DNA from: a virus
Lineage: Duplodnaviria; Caudoviricetes
Reading direction: 5' to 3' (one strand)
Virus record (IMG/VR): IMGVR_UViG_3300044621_001247
Coordinates: 1 to 60,520 of that record
Length of the DNA stretch: 60,520 bases
The first letter of the stretch is position 1. Each line of letters starts with the position of its first letter. Position numbers and translations under genes: made by a program. Under the pieces are notes generated by a model. The model did not search any database. It was not told the origin of the DNA and saw only the letters and a program-made list of their open reading frames with translations. This document shows positions 46,277 through 53,241 of this stretch, in pieces.

Positions 46277-46540
46277 GCCCCTCTAACTCAATGGTAGAGT
46301 AACGGACTTTCAAATGGAACTGCCGTGCAGGAATGCACGGATCGAATCTTGTCAAAGTCGGTGAACTCCCTGTCGAAAGACGAGACAACGCCGAGCCAAG
46401 CGCAGCGATGCGAAGGTGTAGAGACTTGACGGCAAGCACCCAGAACGGGTGAAGGCAAAGTCCAGACCACGAACGGAAGGCGGCGAAAGCCGAAGTGGTA
46501 GGTAATCCGTCAGTTGTGGGTTCGAGTCCCACGGGGGGTA
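46277..46540 (+). tRNA. tRNA-Lys(TTT) split by a group I intron (exons 46277-46310 and 46503-46540)
   Basis: Joined exons give GCCCCTC...ACGGA-CTTTTAA-TCCGT...GTGGG-TTCGAGT-CCCAC-GGGGGGT-A. Confidence 0.9.
46311..46502 (+). ncRNA. Group I intron (IC3-like, 192 nt, no ORF)
   Basis: P (CAAAGTCGGTGAA), Q (AACGCCGAGCCAAG), R (GGTGTAGAGACTTGACG) and S (GAAGGCAAAGTCC) core elements; follows U and ends in G; P1 guide TGGAA. Confidence 0.93.
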
Positions 46541-46544
46541 TTGC

Positions 46545-46626
46545 GCCAGCGTGGCGGAATGGCATACGCAGGATGCTCAAAACATCCGGATCCTAGATCG
46601 TGCAGGTTCGACTCCTGTCGCTGGTA
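46545..46626 (+). tRNA. tRNA-Leu(CAA)
   Basis: GGATG-CTCAAAA-CATCC, long variable arm. Confidence 0.94.
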
Positions 46627-46638
46627 TTGGAGGAACAC

Positions 46639-47010
46639 ATGCAGACACAGAACATGACCAAGACAGAACTCATCGAAAACATCGAAATCCTCGCGGAAAA
46701 GTGCGAGAAGTTGATCGCCGAACTCGCGCAGCGCACCGCCGCTCTTGATCAAATGACGGTTCACCGCAATGCGACGATAGAACATCGAGACATCACGCAG
46801 CAGGTGCTAAACGGTATCACCGTTGCGTTATCTCAGCGCACCGCCGACCTCGCCCGCGTGACCGCCGAGCGCGACGAGGCGCGGCGGTGGGTGTGCAGAA
46901 AGACGGTCTACGCAGAAAGGAAACCCCACGATTTGGTTGATTCCACCGAAGCAAAGGTTCTCCTCGAAGCACAGATGCGCGGCTGGGACTGCTTCGCAAA
47001 GGAGGGGTGA
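46639..47010 (+). CDS. Coiled-coil hypothetical protein (TAERDEARR...RGWDCF family)
   Basis: SD GGAGG; shares DNA blocks with the next ORF. Confidence 0.75.
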   Translation: MQTQNMTKTELIENIEILAEKCEKLIAELAQRTAALDQMTVHRNATIEHRDITQQVLNGITVALSQRTADLARVTAERDEARRWVCRKTVYAERKPHDLVDSTEAKVLLEAQMRGWDCFAKEG

Positions 47011-47303
47011 TGAGCGACTTCCCCGAGATCACCACCGAGCAGATCGTGGCTCGTCTCCGCATGATCGTCGCAGAGCCAGATTCGCTCTGCAAGACCGACA
47101 TTCACTACATAGAGGACGCTGCTGACGAACTGGAGAGCAAGGGCGACGAGATCGCCCGCCTCACCGCCGAGCGCGACGAGGCGCGGCGGGAACTCTGCCA
47201 GTTGAAGTCACGATTGGGAGCGGACTACTACGTTCCATCATTGAATCCCGAGGGTTACGCCAAAGTGCGCGGCTGGGACTGCTTCGAGGAGGAAGGCAAG
47301 TGA
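47007..47303 (+). CDS. Hypothetical protein (TAERDEARR...RGWDCF family)
   Basis: GTGA-coupled paralogue of the previous ORF. Confidence 0.75.
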   Translation: MMSDFPEITTEQIVARLRMIVAEPDSLCKTDIHYIEDAADELESKGDEIARLTAERDEARRELCQLKSRLGADYYVPSLNPEGYAKVRGWDCFEEEGK

Positions 47304-47548
47304 GCAACAAACCAGACATCGTGCATAGACTAGAGCGACAACCGCTATTCGTCACCCACGAAACATTCGGCAATCCTGTTTGCTGCGTGATGACGAGCGA
47401 GACTTGCAAAATGAATCAAGAGGAGCGCATGGAGGCTGCATCGGAGATCAAACGCCTCCGCGCCGACCTCGAGAAAGTTCGCACAGAGCGCGACCAAGCG
47501 TTGTGGGAATCAACACAGGACTTCTGGGGAAAGACAAGTGACTACTGA
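47300..47548 (+). CDS. Hypothetical protein (DIV.RL...EAA.EI.RLR type)
   Basis: GTGA-coupled. Confidence 0.7.
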   Translation: MSNKPDIVHRLERQPLFVTHETFGNPVCCVMTSETCKMNQEERMEAASEIKRLRADLEKVRTERDQALWESTQDFWGKTSDY

Positions 47549-47939
47549 AACATGGATCTTCATCGGCATCGGCATCTCACTGGTCTTGAACACCTACATG
47601 ATCCTTTCGTACTACTGGGTTCATCAGATGACATCGAGGGTGAACGACCTTGAACGGAATCTGCTCACTCACGGCAAGGGACTTGACGACCTCTCCAGAA
47701 GGATTTACAACCTTGAGCGGCAATCCGAATATCTCACATACCAATTGAGCCTCCACGGCAACAGCATTGCAACCCTGAAGCCACTGACCGACTACTTCGA
47801 GCACAAGAACAGGATGCAAGCAAAAACCAAACTTGCCGAACAGGATGAGTCTAAGATTGCAAAAGCAAAGAAACAGAAGGAAGAGGATGAGGCAAGACTC
47901 GCGGAACTGAAGAAGGAATTGGAAGGACTATTCAAGTGA
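47538..47939 (+). CDS. Membrane-anchored coiled-coil protein
   Basis: N-terminal TM helix, then heptad repeats. Confidence 0.7.
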   Translation: MTTETWIFIGIGISLVLNTYMILSYYWVHQMTSRVNDLERNLLTHGKGLDDLSRRIYNLERQSEYLTYQLSLHGNSIATLKPLTDYFEHKNRMQAKTKLAEQDESKIAKAKKQKEEDEARLAELKKELEGLFK

Positions 47940-48217
47940 AGCAGAACGAAGACCTCAAGTTCATCATCCACTTTGACCATGACTTCAGCAAGGAAATGTC
48001 GGAACAGATCGGCAACCACATCAAACAGCAATGGGAGAGTGGGATCATGGTCTTTCCGAATACTGTGTGCAGAGTGGTGATCATCGACAAGCATGGAGAT
48101 GCGAAGTACGAGTGGACTCGCCCCAAGGAGGTGATCATCGGTTCTCCCCCCAAGGAGGAAGAAAAGTCCTGGTTCAAGGAGGAAGAAAAGTCCTGGTTCT
48201 CTCGCTTGTTCTCGTAG
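47936..48217 (+). CDS. Hypothetical protein
   Basis: GTGA-coupled; C-terminal KEEEKSWF x2. Confidence 0.65.
   Translation: MKQNEDLKFIIHFDHDFSKEMSEQIGNHIKQQWESGIMVFPNTVCRVVIIDKHGDAKYEWTRPKEVIIGSPPKEEEKSWFKEEEKSWFSRLFS
48151..48198 (+). repeat. Perfect 24-nt tandem duplication
   Basis: CAAGGAGGAAGAAAAGTCCTGGTT x2. Confidence 0.97.
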
Positions 48218-48230
48218 GGGTTGAACTTTG

Positions 48231-48237
48231 CTAAATA
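48231..48237 (+). promoter_or_regulatory. Candidate late promoter (CTAAATA)
   Basis: 20 nt upstream of the ATG at 48258, followed by SD GAGGAG. Confidence 0.6.
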
Positions 48238-48257
48238 TCTCCACAGAGGAGATTTCC

Positions 48258-48791
48258 ATGAAGACATACAGAGAGTTCGTAGCAGAGGCAGCATCCCGTT
48301 CCCTTTCCCGCCTACACGGTCACCTACAGGCAGGGCATATGGTGGGGTTCATCTCCGCAAGCCGTGGGAATCTTTCTCCTGCCGAGAACAACAAGAGGAC
48401 GAAGGAACTGCACAAGAGCCTCAAGGGGCATGGCTTTACCCCCGTCCCCGTCAAGGGCGAGTACATCGAAGACCACAATGGAGAGAAGAAGAAGGTAAAG
48501 GAGAAGACCTTCATGATCCATTCGGGTCAACTTTACGGTCATGCAGAGAATCCCACGAATGCGCATCGCGAGACGCTTCGCACCTTGAAGACGCTAGGAG
48601 CGCAGCATGATCAAGACACCGTCCTCACCGTCTCCAAGAAGCACGGCAGCGTGTTCCACGGCACGGGCAAGTCGGACTGGGTTCCGAAGGGCAAGAGGGC
48701 GCGTATCGGCGGTGCTGGAATCAGCACGAATGTTGGCGACTTCAACACTCGGTTGAAGGGCAAGAAGTTCATAGTAGGTGGAGGAGACTGA
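48258..48791 (+). CDS. Putative internal head protein with T4-type capsid-targeting sequence
   Basis: N-terminus MKTYREFVAE versus T4 IP CTS MKTYQEFIAE; body has ISASRG...EN..R...GEY.E...EK.F...QD.VL. Confidence 0.72.
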   Translation: MKTYREFVAEAASRSLSRLHGHLQAGHMVGFISASRGNLSPAENNKRTKELHKSLKGHGFTPVPVKGEYIEDHNGEKKKVKEKTFMIHSGQLYGHAENPTNAHRETLRTLKTLGAQHDQDTVLTVSKKHGSVFHGTGKSDWVPKGKRARIGGAGISTNVGDFNTRLKGKKFIVGGGD

Positions 48792-48792
48792 G

Positions 48793-49017
48793 ATGAGTGG
48801 ATTCTATTCGACATGGCTAAACCATCACTTTCGGGGAAAGCGCACATTCGATGTGCGACTTTTCAGGATGACACCCGCAGAGCGCATTGCCCGATACGGG
48901 ACGGACATGGTCGCTGAACTGCGACAGATGTCTCCCGAGGAGAGGAAGACCATCTACGGGTCGGACTTCTCCGAGTACCTGAATGTTTCTGCGTCGAACC
49001 CCATCCGCAGCGTTTGA
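48793..49017 (+). CDS. Hypothetical protein
   Basis: SD GGAGGAG; two M(T/S)P.ER...YG.D repeats. Confidence 0.65.
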   Translation: MSGFYSTWLNHHFRGKRTFDVRLFRMTPAERIARYGTDMVAELRQMSPEERKTIYGSDFSEYLNVSASNPIRSV

Positions 49018-49071
49018 TTCCAAATCAATAAGAAGATCCAAAGAGTCTTTTCGATTCTTGGTCGTGTGGTA

Positions 49072-49099
49072 TTGACTCCACCCCAGGATCGGTTAGACT
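49072..49099 (+). promoter_or_regulatory. Sigma70-type early promoter
   Basis: TTGACT-N16-TAGACT. Confidence 0.7.
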
Positions 49100-49187
49100 T
49101 GTGAAGCAACAGTTGAGGAGCGCACGGGGGCAGCCGATGCGCCAACCTCACCATCAAAGTGATGCTGCCCTTCAGGAGATTCAGACA

Positions 49188-49469
49188 ATGGCTACCGCAA
49201 CCAAGCCCACCCTCAGCAAGACCCGTCAGGTCATCAACCACCTCCGTTCGGGCAAGACCCTGACGCAGGATCAGGCGTTTAGCAAGTTCGGCGTGAGGAA
49301 CCTCCGCGCCATGGTCTCGTCCATCCGTGAGCAGTTCGAGCGTTACGGCAACTGGATGCTCCAGACGGACACCAACAAGCGTGGCGAGACGGTCTACCGC
49401 CTCACCGACATCCACCCTGGTCAGCGCGTCTGGGGCTTCGACGCTCAGGGCAATCGTTACCGTCTTTGA
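49188..49469 (+). CDS. Winged-helix/HTH DNA-binding protein
   Basis: VINHLRSGKTLT...A...FGVRNLRA.VS.IR...YRL pattern; SD CAGGAG. Confidence 0.75.
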   Translation: MATATKPTLSKTRQVINHLRSGKTLTQDQAFSKFGVRNLRAMVSSIREQFERYGNWMLQTDTNKRGETVYRLTDIHPGQRVWGFDAQGNRYRL

Positions 49470-49489
49470 ATGACGGGAATAGTTGAAAC

Positions 49490-49604
49490 GGTCGCGTGGG
49501 AACGGCAGTCGGATACCGCGATCTATCCGATGATCATCGTCTAGCATGAGCCAGACGGCGGCAGGGCAAGGGGAGGACGCTCCCCTCCCTGCCGTTCCTG
49601 TTTT
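49490..49604 (+). ncRNA. Structured intergenic RNA / switchable terminator
   Basis: Four predicted helices, a loop pseudoknot and an alternative terminator pairing (see findings). Confidence 0.5.
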
Positions 49605-49617
49605 ACGGAGGCATGTC

Positions 49618-49761
49618 ATGGACAACCGCAGACACAGCGCGGGGAAGGGAGACTCTCCCCGTCCCGTTGACCGCAAGAAGTGGTCGGAGAACTGGGACAG
49701 GATCTTCGGGAAGAAGCCGAAGAAGCAGTCCGTGCAGAAGAAGACCAAGAAGTCACGATAG
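49618..49761 (+). CDS. Small basic protein (GKGDSPRP...ENWDRIFG)
   Basis: SD GGAGG; motif typical of small phage proteins. Confidence 0.7.
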   Translation: MDNRRHSAGKGDSPRPVDRKKWSENWDRIFGKKPKKQSVQKKTKKSR

Positions 49762-49775
49762 TCAAACTTCCACAT

Positions 49776-49849
49776 ACACCTGTAACTCAGTAGGATAGAG
49801 TAACGGTTTTCTAAACCGTCAGTCACAGGTTCGAGTCCTGTCGGGTGTG
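49776..49849 (+). tRNA. tRNA-Arg(TCT)
   Basis: ACGGT-TTTCTAA-ACCGT; acceptor ACACCTG/CGGGTGT. Confidence 0.94.
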
Positions 49850-49853
49850 CTTT

Positions 49854-50159
49854 ATGAAACACACAATGCCAAGCAAAACCAAGAAAGTCTATTGTCGCTA
49901 CGGGGAAGAACGCCTGATCGTTGACCACGGTCACGGCGTGTACACCATGAGCGGAAAGTGCGGCTACTACCGCGCTGGAAACGACCCATCGGGGAAGGGG
50001 ATCGCATTCTTCGATCCTTCGGGTGGTCCGTTCATCGGGAAGGGAGAGATGGGCGTTCCGCTTGATGAGTTCGGTGGTCGCGTGGTCACGGACATCATCA
50101 TCGAATCCGCTGCCGAGGGTCACTTCAAGATCACGGTGGAGACGGAGGAACCCGCTTAG
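49854..50159 (+). CDS. Hypothetical protein
   Basis: RYG..R...FFDPSGGPFI motif. Confidence 0.7.
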   Translation: MKHTMPSKTKKVYCRYGEERLIVDHGHGVYTMSGKCGYYRAGNDPSGKGIAFFDPSGGPFIGKGEMGVPLDEFGGRVVTDIIIESAAEGHFKITVETEEPA

Positions 50160-50168
50160 GGAGGTGGC

Positions 50169-50176
50169 TATACATA
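50169..50176 (+). promoter_or_regulatory. Candidate late promoter (TATACATA)
   Basis: One mismatch from T4 TATAAATA; upstream of the ferritin-like gene and tmRNA. Confidence 0.55.
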
Positions 50177-50194
50177 AAGTAGGAGAACCACCAA

Positions 50195-50554
50195 ATGTAC
50201 ATAACCAGCCTTCTCACTCTTCAGAACCAACTTCGCATATTCCATTGGCAGACCACATCGTATGCGGAGCATGAGGCATTCGGAAAGGCATACGGAGATC
50301 TAGGAGACCTGATCGACACATTCATCGAGACGATGATGGGAAAGAAGGGGAGGATCCTCTCCAGCGGTGGATTCAGCATCCACCTCACCAACTACCGCGA
50401 GACTGATCCCGTGGCATTCCTCAAGCAGTACGATACCTACCTCACATCGCTGGACGACGAGTTGTTGGAAGGAGACACGGAACTCAAGAACATCAGGGAC
50501 GAGATGAAGGGCGTGGTGAACCACACAATCTACCTGCTCACCCTCAACAAGTGA
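50195..50554 (+). CDS. Ferritin/Dps-like four-helix protein
   Basis: FHWQT.SYAEH.A...Y..L..LID.F.E...G...NIRDEM...YLLTL. Confidence 0.82.
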   Translation: MYITSLLTLQNQLRIFHWQTTSYAEHEAFGKAYGDLGDLIDTFIETMMGKKGRILSSGGFSIHLTNYRETDPVAFLKQYDTYLTSLDDELLEGDTELKNIRDEMKGVVNHTIYLLTLNK

Positions 50555-50832
50555 GCAAACGACATCGTTGATCTTTGCATACTACCTGGTCACACGGGGG
50601 TTCGATACCCCCCGACTCCATTCAAACCTACGGGGTCGAACTGGAATCGACGGCTAGATGTTCGCAACAGGGAGATGTCCGAGAGGTCGCTGACAACCCT
50701 CGTAAAATCCCAATGTCGGCAACCATAAACGCCGCGAACATGCGGATGGCTGCTTGAAGCAGTGGGGTCCGATCCACCCGCGACTGAACGGATCATCGGC
50801 ACAGGGTCTCCGAAAGGAGGCTTTGTGCTTTT
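50555..50832 (+). ncRNA. ssrA: Circularly permuted (two-piece) tmRNA
   Basis: T arm GGGGG-TTCGATA-CCCCC plus CGACTCC-A (50596-50620) precedes GGGGTCG-AACTGGAATCGAC (50632). The acceptor stem has G3:U70. Tag ORF 50719-50757 encodes ATINAANMRMAA*. Outer ends are approximate. Confidence 0.9.
50799..50832 (+). terminator. Intrinsic terminator ending the tmRNA coding piece
   Basis: GCACAGGGTCTCC-GAAA-GGAGGCTTTGTGC-TTTT. Confidence 0.75.
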
Positions 50833-50902
50833 CGGGAAGCCATAGATAGCCATGTACCCGTGATAGTTTCAGAATGGAGTCACCATCATGGAGCAGCCCC
50901 CT

Positions 50903-51346
50903 ATGGCATTCCTCACACCTGAGTTCATCTCCCTCATCGGAGGAAGCCTCGTCGGCTTCCTCTTCCGCCACATGGCAGAGAAGCGGGAGAACGAACGGCA
51001 GATGGTCGAGAACATCATCAACCTCAACAAGCAGTCGAACGAGAACCACGACAAGGCTGTCGAAAGGGTTCCCATCGACATGGGCAAGACCATTCGGCGG
51101 ATCATCGTCCTCGCGGTGCTGTTTGCCACGATGCTTGCCCCGTTCATCCTTCCGTTCTTCGGCATCCCGACCTTCCTCGAGGTGGATCAGTCCAATCCCG
51201 ACAGGCTCTTCGGGCTGATTCCCGCCTACACGCAGAAGTTCATAGTCGAGATCAACGGGTTCATCTATCCATCCGAGAACAGGCAGATCCTACTGAGCCT
51301 CGTAGGCTTCTACTTCGGCAATGCCGCAGGAAAAGGAAAGACCTAA
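50903..51346 (+). CDS. Putative holin (3-TM type)
   Basis: Three hydrophobic segments ending in VGFYFG; CATAGATA late-like motif at 50841. Confidence 0.55.
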   Translation: MAFLTPEFISLIGGSLVGFLFRHMAEKRENERQMVENIINLNKQSNENHDKAVERVPIDMGKTIRRIIVLAVLFATMLAPFILPFFGIPTFLEVDQSNPDRLFGLIPAYTQKFIVEINGFIYPSENRQILLSLVGFYFGNAAGKGKT

Positions 51347-51618
51347 TGCGCACAATCACAGCAATCGTCCTCTCTCTCATGCTCTACGGCTGCTCCGTGA
51401 CCCCGAAGGTCATCCCCGACGAGACCAAGGGAAGCGCGATGACCCGCAAGATCGACAAGGACACGGAGATGGGCAAGCCGTTACAGACTGGATACGGGTG
51501 GATCCTCTGGTACATACCCGTTGTCGTGGTCGCGATGGCTTGGGGATACCGAGAGTTCTTCCGAAAGCCGACTCCAGAGGACGATTCGACTCCCAAGAAG
51601 ACCAAGAGACGCAAGTAG
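51346..51618 (+). CDS. Lipoprotein with C-terminal TM helix (spanin-like topology)
   Basis: Signal peptide with LYGC lipobox; ILWYIPVVVVAMAW TM; basic tail. Confidence 0.55.
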   Translation: MRTITAIVLSLMLYGCSVTPKVIPDETKGSAMTRKIDKDTEMGKPLQTGYGWILWYIPVVVVAMAWGYREFFRKPTPEDDSTPKKTKRRK

Positions 51619-51657
51619 ACGGCTCACGGAGAGGCTTCAACCATCACAAAAGCACCG

Positions 51658-51684
51658 AAACCACAATTCGTTGTGGTTTTTGTG
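51658..51684 (+). terminator. Intrinsic terminator
   Basis: AAACCACAA-TTCG-TTGTGGTTT-TTGTG. Confidence 0.75.
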
Positions 51685-51748
51685 TCAAATTTGACTGATT
51701 TTCCTTGTCCAAAGGCTGTTCTAGGGTCGGTTTTGGTGGTTTTTCGGT

Positions 51749-51845
51749 CGTAAGTGCTTACCAGACCGAAACTTACAACGATTTTCGTCGTTTTGGGGCT
51801 GTTTCGGCTGTCCCTGTGGACAAAACCTTCGGAATAGACGATACT
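51749..51845 (+). promoter_or_regulatory. Palindromic operator plus leaderless sigma70-type promoter
   Basis: CGTAAGT-N15-ACTTACA (51749-51777); TGGACA-N17-GATACT (51817-51845); ATG 6 nt later. Confidence 0.68.
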
Positions 51846-51851
51846 AGTGGT

Positions 51852-52268
51852 ATGGATTCAGGTTCCGACCACGCCCTTTCCCTCTCCCGCCTCTCCGACG
51901 ATGCCATGCAGCGCGGCTATCCCGACAACTTCTCCTCGCAGGAGGAGTGGGATGCCTACAACGAGCGTCTCGACGCTGAGGAGCGCACCGCAGAGCATCG
52001 CGCCCTGCACGGCACGGACGAAGTCGCCGTCAACTACCCCGAGACGGTAGTTCTCCGTGCTGCCGATGGGTGCGAGTCGTGCGGCGGCAAGGGATTCGTG
52101 GTCGAGTCGCACGGCGAGGAGATCGACTGCGACTGCTGCTTCTATGCCGACCTCTCTCCCGACGAGACGGCGGCTGTCGAGATGGGGTCTTACATCATCC
52201 AGCCTTCCGACTCGTATGTCCGCAAGATGGCTGAACGCGCCGAAGTCGAACCCGAAGGAGGCAACTGA
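51852..52268 (+). CDS. Acidic protein with DnaJ-like Zn finger (CxxCxGxG...CxCC)
   Basis: CESCGGKG...CDCC; start re-called at the leaderless ATG. Confidence 0.7.
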   Translation: MDSGSDHALSLSRLSDDAMQRGYPDNFSSQEEWDAYNERLDAEERTAEHRALHGTDEVAVNYPETVVLRAADGCESCGGKGFVVESHGEEIDCDCCFYADLSPDETAAVEMGSYIIQPSDSYVRKMAERAEVEPEGGN

Positions 52269-52272
52269 GAAC

Positions 52273-53223
52273 ATGAGCAAGTACCGCACGAACACGAAGC
52301 ATCCAGTCGCGCCGCCGTACAAGAGCCACCGAACCAAGAGCAACGCCGTGACCGTCCCCGCCAACTCCATCAACCCCGACTACTTCAAGACCGCCCATGC
52401 CCATGAGGGCGTGGTTCGCAATCTCAAGAATGTGTATGGTCCCCTCACTCGCAGCAGCGGGATGAGCGCGTGGCGCGTGTGGGTTCGCATCACGACCACC
52501 GAAGGGTGGGTTCTCATGGGCTACATCGGCAATGCCGCGACCGAGGCTGAACTGCCGAAGGTGGTCAAGGGCGACAAGATCATCCTTGATCCTCTCGTCC
52601 TCTCTTCGTGGCAGCGCGTGGACGGCATGGACGAGCGTCCCGCCGACTTCTCCCGCACCCTGCGCGGCAAGATCGTGCGCGGTGCGGCTGCTGCGGCTCC
52701 CGCGACCGTGCCGCTGACGAACAAGCCTTTGGCTACGGGGGTGTCCTTCACGGCGGCAGTTCAGTCGAGTGTGGCTGCTGCTTCGGCTCCTGCCCCTCGC
52801 CGCCGATCCTCCCGCTCCCAATGGCTGAAGCAGAACGAGGCTCTCCGCGACAGCCTTGCCATCCCCGCGATCTGGTGCCTGACCAACACCACCGACGAGA
52901 GCCACCTGAAGGTCTTCCTGCCGAATGTGTGGAACGGCTCATACGAAATCCGCGAGTACCGCAGGAACGATGCGGGATTGTGGATCTTCCGTGAGGGGCG
53001 TTCGTGCGTCCGCAAGGAAGATGCCGTTGCCCAATGGAAGAGCGACGAGTCCAGCGGCAAGTGGGGCAACCGCCGCAACATCACCAAGTACATCGATGTG
53101 GATGAGATCTTCAATGGATGGGGTGCTGAACATCCCGCCGACAGGTATGCGCGTCTCATCGGCGGCACGGACTTCGTCACCCTCACCGTCACCTTCGGCA
53201 ACTCGTTCCCCCGCAAGTCCTGA
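52273..53223 (+). CDS. Hypothetical early protein
   Basis: SD GGAGG; C-ending codon bias; two domains joined by an Ala/Pro linker. Confidence 0.75.
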   Translation: MSKYRTNTKHPVAPPYKSHRTKSNAVTVPANSINPDYFKTAHAHEGVVRNLKNVYGPLTRSSGMSAWRVWVRITTTEGWVLMGYIGNAATEAELPKVVKGDKIILDPLVLSSWQRVDGMDERPADFSRTLRGKIVRGAAAAAPATVPLTNKPLATGVSFTAAVQSSVAAASAPAPRRRSSRSQWLKQNEALRDSLAIPAIWCLTNTTDESHLKVFLPNVWNGSYEIREYRRNDAGLWIFREGRSCVRKEDAVAQWKSDESSGKWGNRRNITKYIDVDEIFNGWGAEHPADRYARLIGGTDFVTLTVTFGNSFPRKS

Positions 53224-53241
53224 ACGAAAGGAACAGACACC

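Noticed and set aside
46311-46502. Homing endonuclease in the intron
   Set aside because: 192 nt is too short and there is no ORF.
46308-46506. Reading the intron-containing tRNA as Thr(UGU) or Thr(GGU)
   Set aside because: GGU needs an intron ending in A. UGU gives a poorer P1 helix, and Thr(UGU) already exists at 44889. It is not formally excluded.
44099-46748. ORF-track entries overlapping tRNAs (e.g. 44099-44434, 44298-44498, 46029-46580)
   Set aside because: They are translations of tRNA and intron sequence.
46861-47286. DGR template/variable repeat pair
   Set aside because: The shared blocks are short and identical, with no adenine-specific mismatches, and there is no reverse transcriptase in the window.
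49484-49535. Hammerhead ribozyme (GAAAC...GTC...CCGATGA)
   Set aside because: The core would need CUGANGA right after stem I, and stem III does not pair beyond 2 bp.
50575-50757. 60-aa protein-coding ORF
   Set aside because: It overlaps the tmRNA tRNA-like domain; only the last 12 codons are meaningful, as the tag frame.
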